Notes: generated by a model from the sequence alone, not told the origin. A stretch of DNA of 64,000 nt from Candidatus Doudnabacteria bacterium (GCA_039931165.1 JBDTSL010000002.1:71134-135133); one strand, 5' to 3'; shown: positions 37,616 through 48,533, numbered from the stretch's first letter. Program-made: numbers and translations.

Positions 37616-40129
37616 TCATATCTCCAATTTTTCCATCTCCGCCCAGTTGGTCCCGGCTTTAGCTTCCGACACGATCGGCACCTTAAGTTTATATGCCGAT
37701 TCCATGATTTTTTTGATCTTTTGGGCGAAGTCTTCGGCTTTTCCCTTCTCGACCTCAAAAACCAGTTCGTCGTGCACGGTCAGGATCATATTCGCCTCCG
37801 GCATTTCTTTTTCAATTTCGATCATGCTCAGCTTCATAATATCCGCGGCCAGGGATTGGATGGGTGTGTTCACGGCTTGCCTCTCGGCAGCCCCCCTGAT
37901 CGCAAAATTCGGAGCTGAAATATCCGGGAAATACCTGATCCTGCCCAAGGCGTTGGTGATGAAGCCCTGCTTGCGGGTGGTTTCGATCAGGCCGTCGATG
38001 TATTTTTTCAATTTGGAAAAAGTCTCAAAATATTTTTTTATATGTTCTCCGGCCTCGGCCCGCGTCAGCTCGGATCTGGAAGAAAGTCCGAACGCCGAAA
38101 CGCCATAAAGCACGCTGAAATTGATGGTTTTGGCGTCCCGGCGCTGATTTGAAGTGACCTTATCTTCAGGGACATTGAAGATCCTGGCCGCGGTTGCCCG
38201 GTGGAAATCCCCGCCGGCTTTGAAAATCTTCATCATTTCATCGTCGCCCGATAAAGACGCGGCAATTCGCAGTTCGATCTGCGAGTAATCCAAAGACAGA
38301 AGTACTTTGCCTTTCTCGGAAATAAAAGATTTGCGGACCTCGTTGCCCAGCTCGGTCCGGATGGGGATGTTCTGCAGGTTCGGATTGATCGAAGACAGCC
38401 TTCCCGTAGCCGCAATGGTCTGGCTGTACGTCGTGTGCACCCGTCCGTCATCTTTGGACACCAGCAAAGGAAGCGAATCTACGTAAGTCGATTTGAGTTT
38501 GGTCAGCTCGCGGTATTCGAAAAGCAGCTCGATGACCGGATGCAGTCCGCGCATTTTCTCCAGTTCTCCTGCCGCGGTCGAAATGCCGCCGGATTTTTTA
38601 TTTTTCTTGAGATTATCCGTGGGGATCCTCAGTTTTTCGAACAAAATTTCCGATAGCTGCTTCGGCGAGGAAATATTGAACTCCTGCCCGGCGAGTTTGT
38701 GAATTTCTTTGATCAGCTGGCCGATCCGCTTTTCCAGCCTGACGCTTAAAGACTCAAGCCAAGCCAGGTCCAGCTTCACGCCGCGGTTTTCCATGGCGAT
38801 CAAAACTTCTGCCAGCGGTTTTTCGATCTCATCATAGATCTTTAGAATATTTTTGGCTTTCAGTTCTTTTTCCAGCTCCTGTGTGCGGGCAAAAATTTCG
38901 GAAAAATCTTCCGGCTCATAGCTTCTCTGCCCAGGATTGGCCAAATACGAAGCAAGAAGCACATCGAATGTCATGGGCAGCAATTCGATGCCCGAGCTCA
39001 AAAATATCTGATGCAAAGTTTTCAGATCAAATCCGATCTTTTCGATCTTCGGGTCCTCTAGAACGTCTTTCAGTTCGGAAACTTTCTCCATAGGGATCTG
39101 ATAAATCTCGTGCTTGCTCCAGCCGATCAATAAGTTATCATCTTTCGCCATCAGCGCGATCTGTTTTTGCTTCTGCAATTTATCCGCATTCCGCAGAGCA
39201 GGAAAATTATTTTTCGGGGGAGCCAAAAGCTCGGACTGGGCGCCTTTGGAAACTTTCGGCAATCTGGAAACCAGAGATTTGATACCTAAATCGGCCAATA
39301 ATTTGATGACTTTGGACTGGTCATAGTCGCCCATTTCTGTTTTTTCAAAATCGAAATCCAACTCGCCTTTTTGATCTATATACGCCAGTTTTTGGGATAA
39401 ATACGCCTTGGGTTTGCCCTCAACCAATTTTTTTATGGTTCCTTCCTTGATTTTCTTTGACCCTCGCTCGGCCGCCTCGTACACACTGTCCAAACTGCCG
39501 AACTCTTTCATCAGATCCATCGCCCCTTTCTCGCCGATGCCCGGCACTCCCGGGATATTGTCGGACAGGTCGCCGCGGATGGCTTTATAGTCCACCCACT
39601 GGCCGGGATGCAAGCCATAAATTTCCACCATTTTATCAATATCAAAAATCTGGATGTCGGAAAACCCCGTTTTGAACCGGTACACCTGCGTATGGTTGTC
39701 GATCAGTTGCAACAGATCCAGATCTCCGGTAACAATGATGCTCAAAACATCTTTCGGCGTTTTGTGCGCGATGATCCCCAGCAGGTCATCCGCTTCAAAT
39801 CCGGCTCTTTCGTAAATCGGGATGTCCAATGCAATTAAAATTTCTTTGATCTTCGGCAGCTGCATCAGAAGTTCGTCCGGCGCTGGCTTGCGCGTGGCTT
39901 TATAATCCGAGGTTAACTTGTCGCGGAAGGTCGGTCCTTTCACATCAAAAGTCACCAGCGCATGACTCGGTTTTATGTCTACCAGAGCCTTGAAGAGCAT
40001 GGAAAAAAATCCGAAAATGGCTCCGGTCGGAAATCCGTCTTTGTTCGACATGGCCGGCAAGGCGTGAAAAGCGCGATGAAACAGGGCATGCCCGTCAATT
40101 AGTAAAAGTTTTCGTTTAAATTCGTTCAT
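37616..40129 (-). CDS. polA: DNA polymerase I (reduced 3'-5' exonuclease domain)
   Basis: LLIDG, EADD, DYSQIELR, KTINF, TVHDEL. Confidence 0.97.
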   Translation of the reverse strand: MNEFKRKLLLIDGHALFHRAFHALPAMSNKDGFPTGAIFGFFSMLFKALVDIKPSHALVTFDVKGPTFRDKLTSDYKATRKPAPDELLMQLPKIKEILIALDIPIYERAGFEADDLLGIIAHKTPKDVLSIIVTGDLDLLQLIDNHTQVYRFKTGFSDIQIFDIDKMVEIYGLHPGQWVDYKAIRGDLSDNIPGVPGIGEKGAMDLMKEFGSLDSVYEAAERGSKKIKEGTIKKLVEGKPKAYLSQKLAYIDQKGELDFDFEKTEMGDYDQSKVIKLLADLGIKSLVSRLPKVSKGAQSELLAPPKNNFPALRNADKLQKQKQIALMAKDDNLLIGWSKHEIYQIPMEKVSELKDVLEDPKIEKIGFDLKTLHQIFLSSGIELLPMTFDVLLASYLANPGQRSYEPEDFSEIFARTQELEKELKAKNILKIYDEIEKPLAEVLIAMENRGVKLDLAWLESLSVRLEKRIGQLIKEIHKLAGQEFNISSPKQLSEILFEKLRIPTDNLKKNKKSGGISTAAGELEKMRGLHPVIELLFEYRELTKLKSTYVDSLPLLVSKDDGRVHTTYSQTIAATGRLSSINPNLQNIPIRTELGNEVRKSFISEKGKVLLSLDYSQIELRIAASLSGDDEMMKIFKAGGDFHRATAARIFNVPEDKVTSNQRRDAKTINFSVLYGVSAFGLSSRSELTRAEAGEHIKKYFETFSKLKKYIDGLIETTRKQGFITNALGRIRYFPDISAPNFAIRGAAERQAVNTPIQSLAADIMKLSMIEIEKEMPEANMILTVHDELVFEVEKGKAEDFAQKIKKIMESAYKLKVPIVSEAKAGTNWAEMEKLEI

Positions 40130-40958
40130 AGACAATATTTTCCATAATTTCTTTTGTATACGGAGTGAAGGAGCTCGGATACCTCCATAGTGAACGGATA
40201 ACCATATACAGATTAAATTCTGTTTTGTATTTCACCAAAAAATCTTCGCCATAACCTCTTATAAAAGAAGTTATTACCTCCAAATCATTTTTATTTTCCG
40301 GATTATCAGTATGAATATACGTTCCATTAGGACTATGGTCAACAATAGTTACTAAATCATAAGGATGATGACCGGAAAAAATTTCTGAACCTTTATCATA
40401 TAGTACAATCTCTTCGTTCTTCCCTAAAGTATTACCAGTATGAAGATCGCAGTGCAGCAAAGAATAAACGATGTTGTTGGAATCTAAAGCGAGAATTCTA
40501 CCATTTACATATTTGGATATATCTTTTAAAAAGCTGGCAGATAAATCACTTTTCTTCTCAATTTGTTCTTCCGTGGCTTTTTGAAAAGCGCCCGATAAAA
40601 AACTCTTCCAATCCAGCTTCTCTTCCTTGCCCTCGCTTGTAATTCTAAAGCAATACTCATAGTGGATCGAGTGCAATTTTCTTACAATTTTTCCAAACCT
40701 TTCATAGTCTTGTGCTGATCCGAAAATCAAACCACCAGCTGAATGCGGTATATACTCTAGTAATAACTGATCATTTTTGAGATTTGGGGCCTCAATAATA
40801 TTCAGTGTAGGAAACCCTCGGTCCTTCAACTCTTTCAAATACACTTTTTCGGTTGCTATCTCTTGAGGTTCTGCAGTTTTTAACACGAACTGTTTACCAT
40901 CAATTTCCACCAATTCTACTTTAGAACTATATGAATCAAATTGTTTTATAACTTTCAT
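40116..40958 (-). CDS. APH/choline-kinase-family phosphotransferase
   Basis: FVLK; Brenner motif LLHCDLHTGN; AT-rich relative to its neighbours. Confidence 0.8.
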   Translation of the reverse strand: MKVIKQFDSYSSKVELVEIDGKQFVLKTAEPQEIATEKVYLKELKDRGFPTLNIIEAPNLKNDQLLLEYIPHSAGGLIFGSAQDYERFGKIVRKLHSIHYEYCFRITSEGKEEKLDWKSFLSGAFQKATEEQIEKKSDLSASFLKDISKYVNGRILALDSNNIVYSLLHCDLHTGNTLGKNEEIVLYDKGSEIFSGHHPYDLVTIVDHSPNGTYIHTDNPENKNDLEVITSFIRGYGEDFLVKYKTEFNLYMVIRSLWRYPSSFTPYTKEIMENIVYERI

Positions 40959-41058
40959 GGTTAAATCATACCAAAAAACCGCCCTTTGGGCGATTAGATT
41001 ATTTTTTTATATAAAGAATGCGAGCCTTAGAAAAATTTAGTCAGAATTTGAAGAGAGC

Positions 41059-41150
41059 AACCACCCCGGACTTGATCCGGGGTCCACTTCCTTAATTAAA
41101 CCAGTTGGTGATAATGATGGTAGTGGATCCCAGCTTTCGCTGGGATGGTT
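41059..41150. repeat. Palindromic element (CCCGGACTTGATCCGGG...CCCAGCTTTCGCTGGG type)
   Basis: Two GC hairpins joined by a TCCACT/AGTGGA stem and closed by AACCA/TGGTT. Confidence 0.8.
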
Positions 41151-41182
41151 ATCATTTTTTCTTGAAGCAATTTTTTTTGCGC

Positions 41183-42817
41183 CTACTCTTCTGTCACCCG
41201 GAAAACTTCTTCCACGTCGGTGACTCCCTGCAATGCTTTCAAAATCCCGTCCTGGGCCATGGTGATCATGCCGTCAAGTACGGCCTGATTTTTCAGTTCC
41301 GTGGTTGTGGCCCCTTTGGTGATCAGTTTTTCGATCTCGTCATTGATCGTGAAAACCTCATACACTCCCATCCGCCCTTTATAACCCAACCCGTTGCATT
41401 TGACGCATCCGGGGCTGTGATAAAAGATAAGTTTTTTCGGCACATCGGCCTTGGAATTTTTGGGAATGGTTTTCAGGATCATCTCAACTCTGGACTGCAA
41501 ATTATCCGGCAATTTATATTCCTGTTTGCAGAATGTGCAAATTTTACGGACCAGCCGCTGGCCGATGATAATGTTTATCGCCGGCGCGAGCACAAATGGC
41601 TTGATCCCCATGTCCAAAAGCCTCGGGATAGCCGAGGGGGCATCATTGGTATGCAGGGTCGAAAGCACGATATGGCCGGTGAGCGCCGCTTGCGCCGCGA
41701 TCTCGGCGGTTTCCAGATCCCGCATTTCCCCGACCATCACGATATCCGGGTCTTGCCGCAGAATCGCGCGCAACCCGGCGGCAAAGGTCATGCCTGCCCG
41801 GGCATCGATCGGGGTTTGGGTAATGCCGGAAATTTTATACTCCACAGGATCTTCCAGGGTGATGATCTTCACTCCAGGCTGATTGAGCTTGTTTAAAATC
41901 GCGTACAGGGTCGTGGTTTTGCCCGAGCCGGTGGGACCGGTGGTCAGGAGCATGCCGTTGGGCTTTTCCATTTCGTGAACGATGCGGTCGTGGGCGAATC
42001 CGATTATTCCAAGCTCTTCAAACTTCAGCGCCCCTTTATCCTGGCGCAAAATTCTCATCACGATCGATTCGCCGAAAGCCGAAGGGATGACCGAGACCCT
42101 GATGTCTATCGGGGCGTTATCGTAGGTGAAGCTAAAACTGCCGTCCTGCGGAGTCACCAGAACATTCAGCTTCAGTTTGGACAGGATCTTGATGCGCGAA
42201 ATAATCTGATGATACAGATCCAAATGGAGGGAGACGGCATCCTGCAAAACCCCGTCAATCCGAAACCGGACTTTTACGTAGAACGATTCCGGCTCGAGAT
42301 GAATATCTGACGCGTCCAAATGAAGGGCGTCGCCCAAAATCTGCTCCATGAATTCGGTGGCCGAAACCGTGGTGAATTTCGCGGCCAGTTCCTTCAGAGA
42401 GGTGATCTGAAAATCCACGCTGGCCAGATCCATCGTAGCCGACTTGCGCTGCGTGGTGATGACTTTCTCGTAACCTTCCAGAACGTGGGTCAAGCTGGAA
42501 ACGGAAATTATATAAGAATCGATAAAATAGCCCTGCTCCTGCAATTGTTTGAAAACCCGGTTGATCTCGTCGGAGGGTGCTACCATCCCCACTTTCAAAT
42601 TCCGGCCTTCTTTATAAAAAACAACAACCCGCAAGGCAGCTGCCGTCTCCTGCGGGATCAAGCCCAAAGCCTGCGTATCGACCGGGAACCCATAGAGGTT
42701 GATATACGCGACTTCCTGCTGTTCGGCTTTTTTTTGTGTTTCTTCTTCTTCGTATTTGCGGTCAAGCTCGGAATAAACCTGCTTGACGTGCATGGCTCTG
42801 TCTTGCAAAGACGGCAT
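41183..42817 (-). CDS. pilB: Type IV pilus assembly ATPase (PilB/GspE)
   Basis: GPTGSGKTT, TLEDPVE, LRQDPD, HIVLSTLH, two CxxC motifs. Confidence 0.93.
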   Translation of the reverse strand: MPSLQDRAMHVKQVYSELDRKYEEEETQKKAEQQEVAYINLYGFPVDTQALGLIPQETAAALRVVVFYKEGRNLKVGMVAPSDEINRVFKQLQEQGYFIDSYIISVSSLTHVLEGYEKVITTQRKSATMDLASVDFQITSLKELAAKFTTVSATEFMEQILGDALHLDASDIHLEPESFYVKVRFRIDGVLQDAVSLHLDLYHQIISRIKILSKLKLNVLVTPQDGSFSFTYDNAPIDIRVSVIPSAFGESIVMRILRQDKGALKFEELGIIGFAHDRIVHEMEKPNGMLLTTGPTGSGKTTTLYAILNKLNQPGVKIITLEDPVEYKISGITQTPIDARAGMTFAAGLRAILRQDPDIVMVGEMRDLETAEIAAQAALTGHIVLSTLHTNDAPSAIPRLLDMGIKPFVLAPAINIIIGQRLVRKICTFCKQEYKLPDNLQSRVEMILKTIPKNSKADVPKKLIFYHSPGCVKCNGLGYKGRMGVYEVFTINDEIEKLITKGATTTELKNQAVLDGMITMAQDGILKALQGVTDVEEVFRVTEE

Positions 42818-42854
42818 AGATTTTATTTTTTAATCTAGCCTAAGTATAACACAA

Positions 42855-43991
42855 TTACTTGCCGTTAAATTTCGCCGCTTGCGGACCGAGCTGGGACAAA
42901 ACCAGCTTTTCGGCATTGAGCACGGAATCCGGCACCACGAACTTGATTGTCTGCGGGCCTGAAACCTGGGGCTGGTAGCGCGAAAAAAGTTCAGCAAGAT
43001 TGATCGGCACTATGGATTGCAAAAAAACGGTGGTCTGATTTTCCGCATCTTCTTTCAAAAACAAAAAGATCTTGGCAAAAGACAGCTGGCTGGCCATTTC
43101 CTTGATGATGGCCCGTGCGTCTTCTTCTGTCGCTCCGGCCTTGGCCAGATCGGATTGATTGACCTGCGAATACACCAAAAGATTGTCAAAGTCCTGGCTT
43201 AAACGCGCCAGGACCCGGCCCCATAATTTCAGCAGGCCCAGAGATTTGCTCTTATACAGGTGGCCGACGATCTCCTGCTGCTTGGCGCCCAGGCTGACCA
43301 GCTGGGAGGCTTTCAAGAATACCTGGGGCGTGGTCCTGATGTGCTGGAAGCTGTTGGTTTCGGCGATGATGCCGGTCAGAAGCTGAGTGGCGATATTTTC
43401 GTCGATCAGACTGCCTTCAAATTTATTGATCAGATCCAGAATTATTTCCGAACATGAGGTGGCGGTCAGGTCTATAAAATTAATCAACCCGTAATTTTCG
43501 TTGCTGGGCCGAAAATCAATATTGATGACCGGGGTTTGGAAAAACAATTGCGCGTTCCGGCTGTAAAACTCCCCCAATTGCTCGAGGCCGGTTATGCCGA
43601 CCATGACCACCAGGTCAAACGGAAAATTCGAGGCGTCAAATGTGATGTCATTGGAAGTAAATTCGCCCTTCGAAGGCTTGAGAATTATAGAAAGCTGCTC
43701 CGGAGTTTTTTTGTAGCTGAGTTCCGCCACCTGGATCTTTTTGGTGGCGACATTGATTACCAGGCTTTTGGTCAGGTCGATCTGCGTCTGAACCTGCGAA
43801 CTTTCGGGCAAAAATCCGAACTTCGCGGAAACTTCCGTGTAGCTGAGCAAGGTCACTTCTTTTTCCAGTTTTCTCAAAAAAGCCCCTAAAGCCAATGAAG
43901 CGGCCAGGCTGTCGCCATTGGTCCCGGTGGCGATGATCAGAACGCTTTTGGCCGGTGATAGTTTGGAGATGATTTGCTGTACTTCGTCCAT
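42855..43991 (-). CDS. DHH/NrnA-family protein with degenerate active site
   Basis: GDSLAASLAL, NIDFRPSN (in place of IDHH), LLTGIIAETNSF. Confidence 0.75.
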   Translation of the reverse strand: MDEVQQIISKLSPAKSVLIIATGTNGDSLAASLALGAFLRKLEKEVTLLSYTEVSAKFGFLPESSQVQTQIDLTKSLVINVATKKIQVAELSYKKTPEQLSIILKPSKGEFTSNDITFDASNFPFDLVVMVGITGLEQLGEFYSRNAQLFFQTPVINIDFRPSNENYGLINFIDLTATSCSEIILDLINKFEGSLIDENIATQLLTGIIAETNSFQHIRTTPQVFLKASQLVSLGAKQQEIVGHLYKSKSLGLLKLWGRVLARLSQDFDNLLVYSQVNQSDLAKAGATEEDARAIIKEMASQLSFAKIFLFLKEDAENQTTVFLQSIVPINLAELFSRYQPQVSGPQTIKFVVPDSVLNAEKLVLSQLGPQAAKFNGK

Positions 43992-44113
43992 AAATATGTG
44001 ATTAGATAATCATAACAGTATAGTTGATTTCTTCTCCGCCGTCAAGACTAGAATAAAAAAGGACTTCAAGTCTGGACTCGAAAGTCCAAAACCAAAAGTC
44101 CGAAAACCCACGG

Positions 44114-44476
44114 CTACTGGCCGGCGCGAAACGCGTCGATCTTGGCCTGGCACACGGCGCAGCGGTCCTGACCGAGGTGAAACCCGACCGCGTGTTTGAG
44201 CGAAAAATTCTCACCGGCGATTGCGTAACCCTGGAGGATGTTGTTCTCAGGGCAACGAGCCCGCCAGTCGAGCGCGATCATCCGCTGGCAGTAATCGGCG
44301 CACGAGGCGATGTGCTCGCACTCCTCAGCCGTCAGGATCGGCGCGATCCGGGGATTTAGAACCAGTTTCGAGAACGTAAGGCACTGTTCGGTCCGGTTGC
44401 GATGGCGGTTGGGAGCACTTTCCTCCCTTTTTTCACCGAGCTCTCGGAGCATGTCCCCAAAGGGTTTCAACGCCAT
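44114..44476 (-). CDS. Orphan Cys/His-rich protein
   Basis: TTGACG-N17-TATACT promoter, AAGGAGGAGG RBS, two H..C..C motifs. Confidence 0.65.
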   Translation of the reverse strand: MALKPFGDMLRELGEKREESAPNRHRNRTEQCLTFSKLVLNPRIAPILTAEECEHIASCADYCQRMIALDWRARCPENNILQGYAIAGENFSLKHAVGFHLGQDRCAVCQAKIDAFRAGQ

Positions 44477-44595
44477 TTCGTCCTCCTCCTTAACACGATC
44501 ATCATCAGTACCTTGACACTCAAAACCGTATTCTGGTTTTGGCTAGGCAGTATAATACTTATAGGAACTTACGTCAAGACTTGCTAGAATAAAGC

Positions 44596-45018
44596 ATGCT
44601 TACCTACCGCAATTTGACCCTGAAGGAAACTCAAAACCTAGCCGCTGGTCTGGCAGACGAATTACGCCACCGCGGTGCGGTTATTGGCCTAATTGGCGAG
44701 CTCGGCAGCGGTAAGACGACCTTTACTAAGGCCTTTGCCAAACAACTAGGCATAAAAAAGATCACCAGCCCGACCTTTGTCACTACTCATGAATATAACA
44801 TCAGGCAAGGCAAACTCTATCACTTGGATTTTTACCGGCTGAAAAAATCCCATGAACTGCTGCCGATCGGGTTTTCCGAAATGCGCCAAAACAAAAATCT
44901 GGTGCTGGTGGAATGGGTCGACCGTTTCCCGCAGATAAAAAGGCAATGTGATATACTGATTAGCCTTAAATACAGAGAACACAACAAACGAGATGTCATT
45001 ATCCAAGCTCAAAATTAA
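44596..45018 (+). CDS. tsaE: t6A biosynthesis ATPase TsaE
   Basis: GELGSGKTT, TSPTF, YHLDFYRL, VEW. Confidence 0.95.
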   Translation: MLTYRNLTLKETQNLAAGLADELRHRGAVIGLIGELGSGKTTFTKAFAKQLGIKKITSPTFVTTHEYNIRQGKLYHLDFYRLKKSHELLPIGFSEMRQNKNLVLVEWVDRFPQIKRQCDILISLKYREHNKRDVIIQAQN

Positions 45019-46219
45019 CACCATTGCGAGGAGCGCAAGCGACGAAGCAATCTTAACCATGGGCCAGATTGCCGCGGCCTGCGGCCTCGCAATGGTTATA
45101 TTTTTTTCTTTTGCCATTCCTAAACCCGCCCATGCCAAAACTTTATCTTTCGGAGACAAAAAATGGGAGCTTGAACCCAATTTTGTTCAAACAGTTGACG
45201 AAATTTCGGTCCGCAACGACTTCGATCTTTTGGAGCTGTCGCGTGCCGCGATGTTTGGCAGCGAATTAAAGCAAACCACCAGGCTGTTTGACGAAGCCAC
45301 GATCAGCGCTGTGGATCAAGTGGAGCTGGACGTGGACCAGCAAACGCATGACGCGGTTTTAAAAATCGACAACCATACCGCCACGTTCTTCGATCCCGGC
45401 CAAAACGGCCAGGCACTGGACCTGTACGCGCTGCGCGATCTTCTGACCTCCGATAGTCCTTTGGTTGACCTGCCTGTTTTGATCTCTTTGCCCAAGCATT
45501 CTCTGGGGCAAACCAATGATCTGGGGATCAAGGAACTCGTCGCCACAGGTGAGTCCAATTTCAAAGGGTCGCCATCCAACAGAATTCATAATATCAAAAT
45601 CGGGGCCCAGAAATTCAACGGAGTCGTGGTCGGGGCCGGCGAAGAATTTTCTTTTAACAAATTTTTGGGCGACGTCGACGATAAGCATGGATTTTTGCCG
45701 GAACTGGTGATCAAGCCGGAAGGCGTGATCCCGGAATTCGGCGGCGGCCTGTGCCAGGTCTCGACCACTACTTTCCGCGCGGCCATGAATGCCGGCCTGC
45801 CCATCACCGCCCGCCGCAACCACAGCTTTGCCGTGCAGTATTACGCGCCGCAGGGCACAGATGCCACGATTTATCCCGGCTCATCGGACCTGAAATTCAC
45901 TAACAACCTAGCGAGCGCTCTGCTCATCCGGACCAGAATTGAGGACAGAAAATTATACTTTGATTTTTATGGCACTAAAGATGACCGAAGCATCAGTTTT
46001 GACGGGCCAACCGTGTATGACAGAAAAACCGACGGTTCCATGAAAGCCACCTGGACCAGGCATGTGACTCTGAATGACCAAACTACGGATCAGACTTTCA
46101 GAAGCACTTATCTGCCGCCGGCGCTGTTCCATCACGACGCGGTGGTGGTACCCAGTATCCCCAATCCGCAGATAGCCGGCGAAACCCTGGTTCCAATAAC
46201 ACCGCCGGTGGTACAATAA
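44993..46219 (+). CDS. VanW-family protein
   Basis: RIHNI, EFSFN, GGGLCQVSTT, RRNHS, DATI, DLKFTN. Confidence 0.9.
   Translation: MSLSKLKINTIARSASDEAILTMGQIAAACGLAMVIFFSFAIPKPAHAKTLSFGDKKWELEPNFVQTVDEISVRNDFDLLELSRAAMFGSELKQTTRLFDEATISAVDQVELDVDQQTHDAVLKIDNHTATFFDPGQNGQALDLYALRDLLTSDSPLVDLPVLISLPKHSLGQTNDLGIKELVATGESNFKGSPSNRIHNIKIGAQKFNGVVVGAGEEFSFNKFLGDVDDKHGFLPELVIKPEGVIPEFGGGLCQVSTTTFRAAMNAGLPITARRNHSFAVQYYAPQGTDATIYPGSSDLKFTNNLASALLIRTRIEDRKLYFDFYGTKDDRSISFDGPTVYDRKTDGSMKATWTRHVTLNDQTTDQTFRSTYLPPALFHHDAVVVPSIPNPQIAGETLVPITPPVVQ
45021..45095 (+). repeat. 75-bp RPE-like palindrome in frame within the VanW N-terminus
   Basis: CCATTGCGAGG...CCTCGCAATGG; length is 25 codons. Confidence 0.85.
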
Positions 46220-46223
46220 ATAT

Positions 46224-47462
46224 ATGTCATACCATCCAAACAAAAAAATACTCGACCGCTATGCCGCAGTTTTGGTTCACTTCGCCCTTGGCGGAGGCAA
46301 AGGGATAAAAAAAGGCGACGTGGTCAGGGTTTCCAGCAACGAATCGGCCAAACCGCTGTTCATGGCCGTGTGCAATGCGGTCGTGGACGGAGGCGGTCAC
46401 GTCATTTCGCATTACGCTCCCGACGACGAGCGAGGAGACAAGCGCCGAAACGAAAGCTTCACCAGATATTTTTATGAAAACGCCAAAGACCATCAAATAG
46501 ATTTTTTCCCGGCCAAATATCTGAAGGGGCTGGTCGATGAAATGCACCATTCGCTGTTCATCCTTTCGGATGTGGACCCGCATGCGCTCAAAGGCGTAGA
46601 CCCAAAAAAGATCATGCGCCGAGGCATAGCTCTCAAGCAATTCATGGATTGGCGGCATGAGAAGGAATGGAAAGGCAATTTCACCTGGACCATCGGCCTG
46701 TACGGAACCAAAGCCATGGCCCGGGAAGCGGGGCTATCGGAAAAAGCCTACTGGAACCAGATCATAAAAGCATGTTTTCTGGACCAGAGGGATCCGATCG
46801 CGAAATGGAAACAGGTTTACCGGGATCTGGAACATTACCGCGCCAAACTCAACAAACTCGCTCCCAGCATCGACCGCCTGCATGCGGTCGGCCCCGATAT
46901 GGACCTCTGGGTCAAATTTGGCGACAAGCGCAGCTGGCTCGGCGGCAGCGGACGGAACATCCCGAGCTTCGAACTGTTCACATCCCCGGATTGGCGCGGC
47001 ACCGAAGGCTGGATCCGGTTCAATCAGCCGCTTTACCGCTACGGCAATAAGATCACAGGCATTCAGCTCTGGTTTGTGAATGGCCGGGTGGTAAAAAGTT
47101 CCGCGACCTCGAACTATAAACTCCTGAAAGAAATGATCGCCACCAAAGGCGCGGATAAGATCGGAGAATATTCCCTGACCGACCGGCGCTATTCCCGCAT
47201 TACCAAATTCATGGCCGAAACTTTGTTTGACGAAAACATGGGAGGCCCCCATGGCAACACGCACATCGCGCTCGGCATGTCCTACCGCGACACTTATTCC
47301 GGCAATGTTTCGAAACTGACGAAAAAACAATCCGAGGCGCTGGGGTTCAATGACTCCTCGGTGCATACTGATATCATCTCAACAACCCCGCGGACAGTTA
47401 CCGCGCATCTAAAAAACGGCAAAGAGAAGATCATCTACGCCCACGGCCAATTTGTGCTGTAA
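46224..47462 (+). CDS. Aminopeptidase, M29 family (AmpS/PepS)
   Basis: NIPSFELFTSP, IGEYSL, LFDEN, HIALG, NDSSVHTD. Confidence 0.92.
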   Translation: MSYHPNKKILDRYAAVLVHFALGGGKGIKKGDVVRVSSNESAKPLFMAVCNAVVDGGGHVISHYAPDDERGDKRRNESFTRYFYENAKDHQIDFFPAKYLKGLVDEMHHSLFILSDVDPHALKGVDPKKIMRRGIALKQFMDWRHEKEWKGNFTWTIGLYGTKAMAREAGLSEKAYWNQIIKACFLDQRDPIAKWKQVYRDLEHYRAKLNKLAPSIDRLHAVGPDMDLWVKFGDKRSWLGGSGRNIPSFELFTSPDWRGTEGWIRFNQPLYRYGNKITGIQLWFVNGRVVKSSATSNYKLLKEMIATKGADKIGEYSLTDRRYSRITKFMAETLFDENMGGPHGNTHIALGMSYRDTYSGNVSKLTKKQSEALGFNDSSVHTDIISTTPRTVTAHLKNGKEKIIYAHGQFVL

Positions 47463-47498
47463 AAAAAGCGGTCCTAATCGTGGTATACTGAAAGTGCC

Positions 47499-48533
47499 AT
47501 GATCACCCAAGATTCCGATGAAACCAACATTATCAGCCCTGCTCCCGTTTCCGACGAAACGCTTTTTGAGGCAACTTTAAGGCCGCAAAAACTGGCAGAT
47601 TACGTCGGCCAGGAAAAGATCAAAGAAAATCTGAAGATCCTGGTCGAGGCGGCGTCCGCGCGCAAAGAAACACTGGAGCACATCCTGCTTTACGGCCCGC
47701 CGGGACTGGGCAAAACCACGCTGGCCCATATCATCGCCCGCGAGATCGGCGCAAATATCAAGATCACTTCCGGCCCGGCCATAGAAAAAGCCGGAGACCT
47801 CGCTTCAATTCTGACCAACCTCGGCGAAAACGATGTTTTGTTTATTGATGAAATTCACAGGTTGAATAAAGTGGTGGAAGAAATTCTTTATCCGGCCATG
47901 GAAGATTATTGCCTGGACATTGTCCTGGGCAAAGGCGCCGGAGCCAAAGCCCTGCGCCTGGATCTGCCGAAATTCACGCTGATCGGGGCCACGACCCGCA
48001 TCGGCCTGCTTACCGGTCCGTTCCGCGACCGGTTCGGCATGACCTATCGTTTGGATTATTATGAAGAAAATGAAATTGAACAGATCATTGAGCGGGCGGC
48101 CAAAATTCTGAATATTAAAATTGATTCCGACGGCAAAGCCGAGATCGCCAAAAGAGCCAGGCGCACCCCGAGAGTGGCCAATCGCCTGCTGAAACGCGTG
48201 CGGGACTTTGCGCAAGTCAAAGCCGGTGGTAAAATTAATCAAACGGTGTCCCAGCAGGCCCTGGCCCAGCTGGAAGTGGATACCTTGGGCCTCGATGGCA
48301 ATGACCGCCGGATATTGGAGGCTTTGATCGATAAATTTTCGGGCGGGCCGGTGGGACTTTCCTCTATTGCCGCGGCCACCTCCGAAGATATGGGCACGAT
48401 CGAGGAAATTTACGAACCTTTTCTGCTGCGCCTGGGGCTGATCGCCCGCACACCCAAAGGGCGCGTGGCCACCGCTGCGGCTTATGATCATCTTAAAAAA
48501 ATCCCAAAACAAACAGCGCAAACTCTACTCTAA
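47499..48533 (+). CDS. ruvB: Holliday junction DNA helicase RuvB
   Basis: [34 protein letters not shown]. Confidence 0.98.
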   Translation: MITQDSDETNIISPAPVSDETLFEATLRPQKLADYVGQEKIKENLKILVEAASARKETLEHILLYGPPGLGKTTLAHIIAREIGANIKITSGPAIEKAGDLASILTNLGENDVLFIDEIHRLNKVVEEILYPAMEDYCLDIVLGKGAGAKALRLDLPKFTLIGATTRIGLLTGPFRDRFGMTYRLDYYEENEIEQIIERAAKILNIKIDSDGKAEIAKRARRTPRVANRLLKRVRDFAQVKAGGKINQTVSQQALAQLEVDTLGLDGNDRRILEALIDKFSGGPVGLSSIAAATSEDMGTIEEIYEPFLLRLGLIARTPKGRVATAAAYDHLKKIPKQTAQTLL

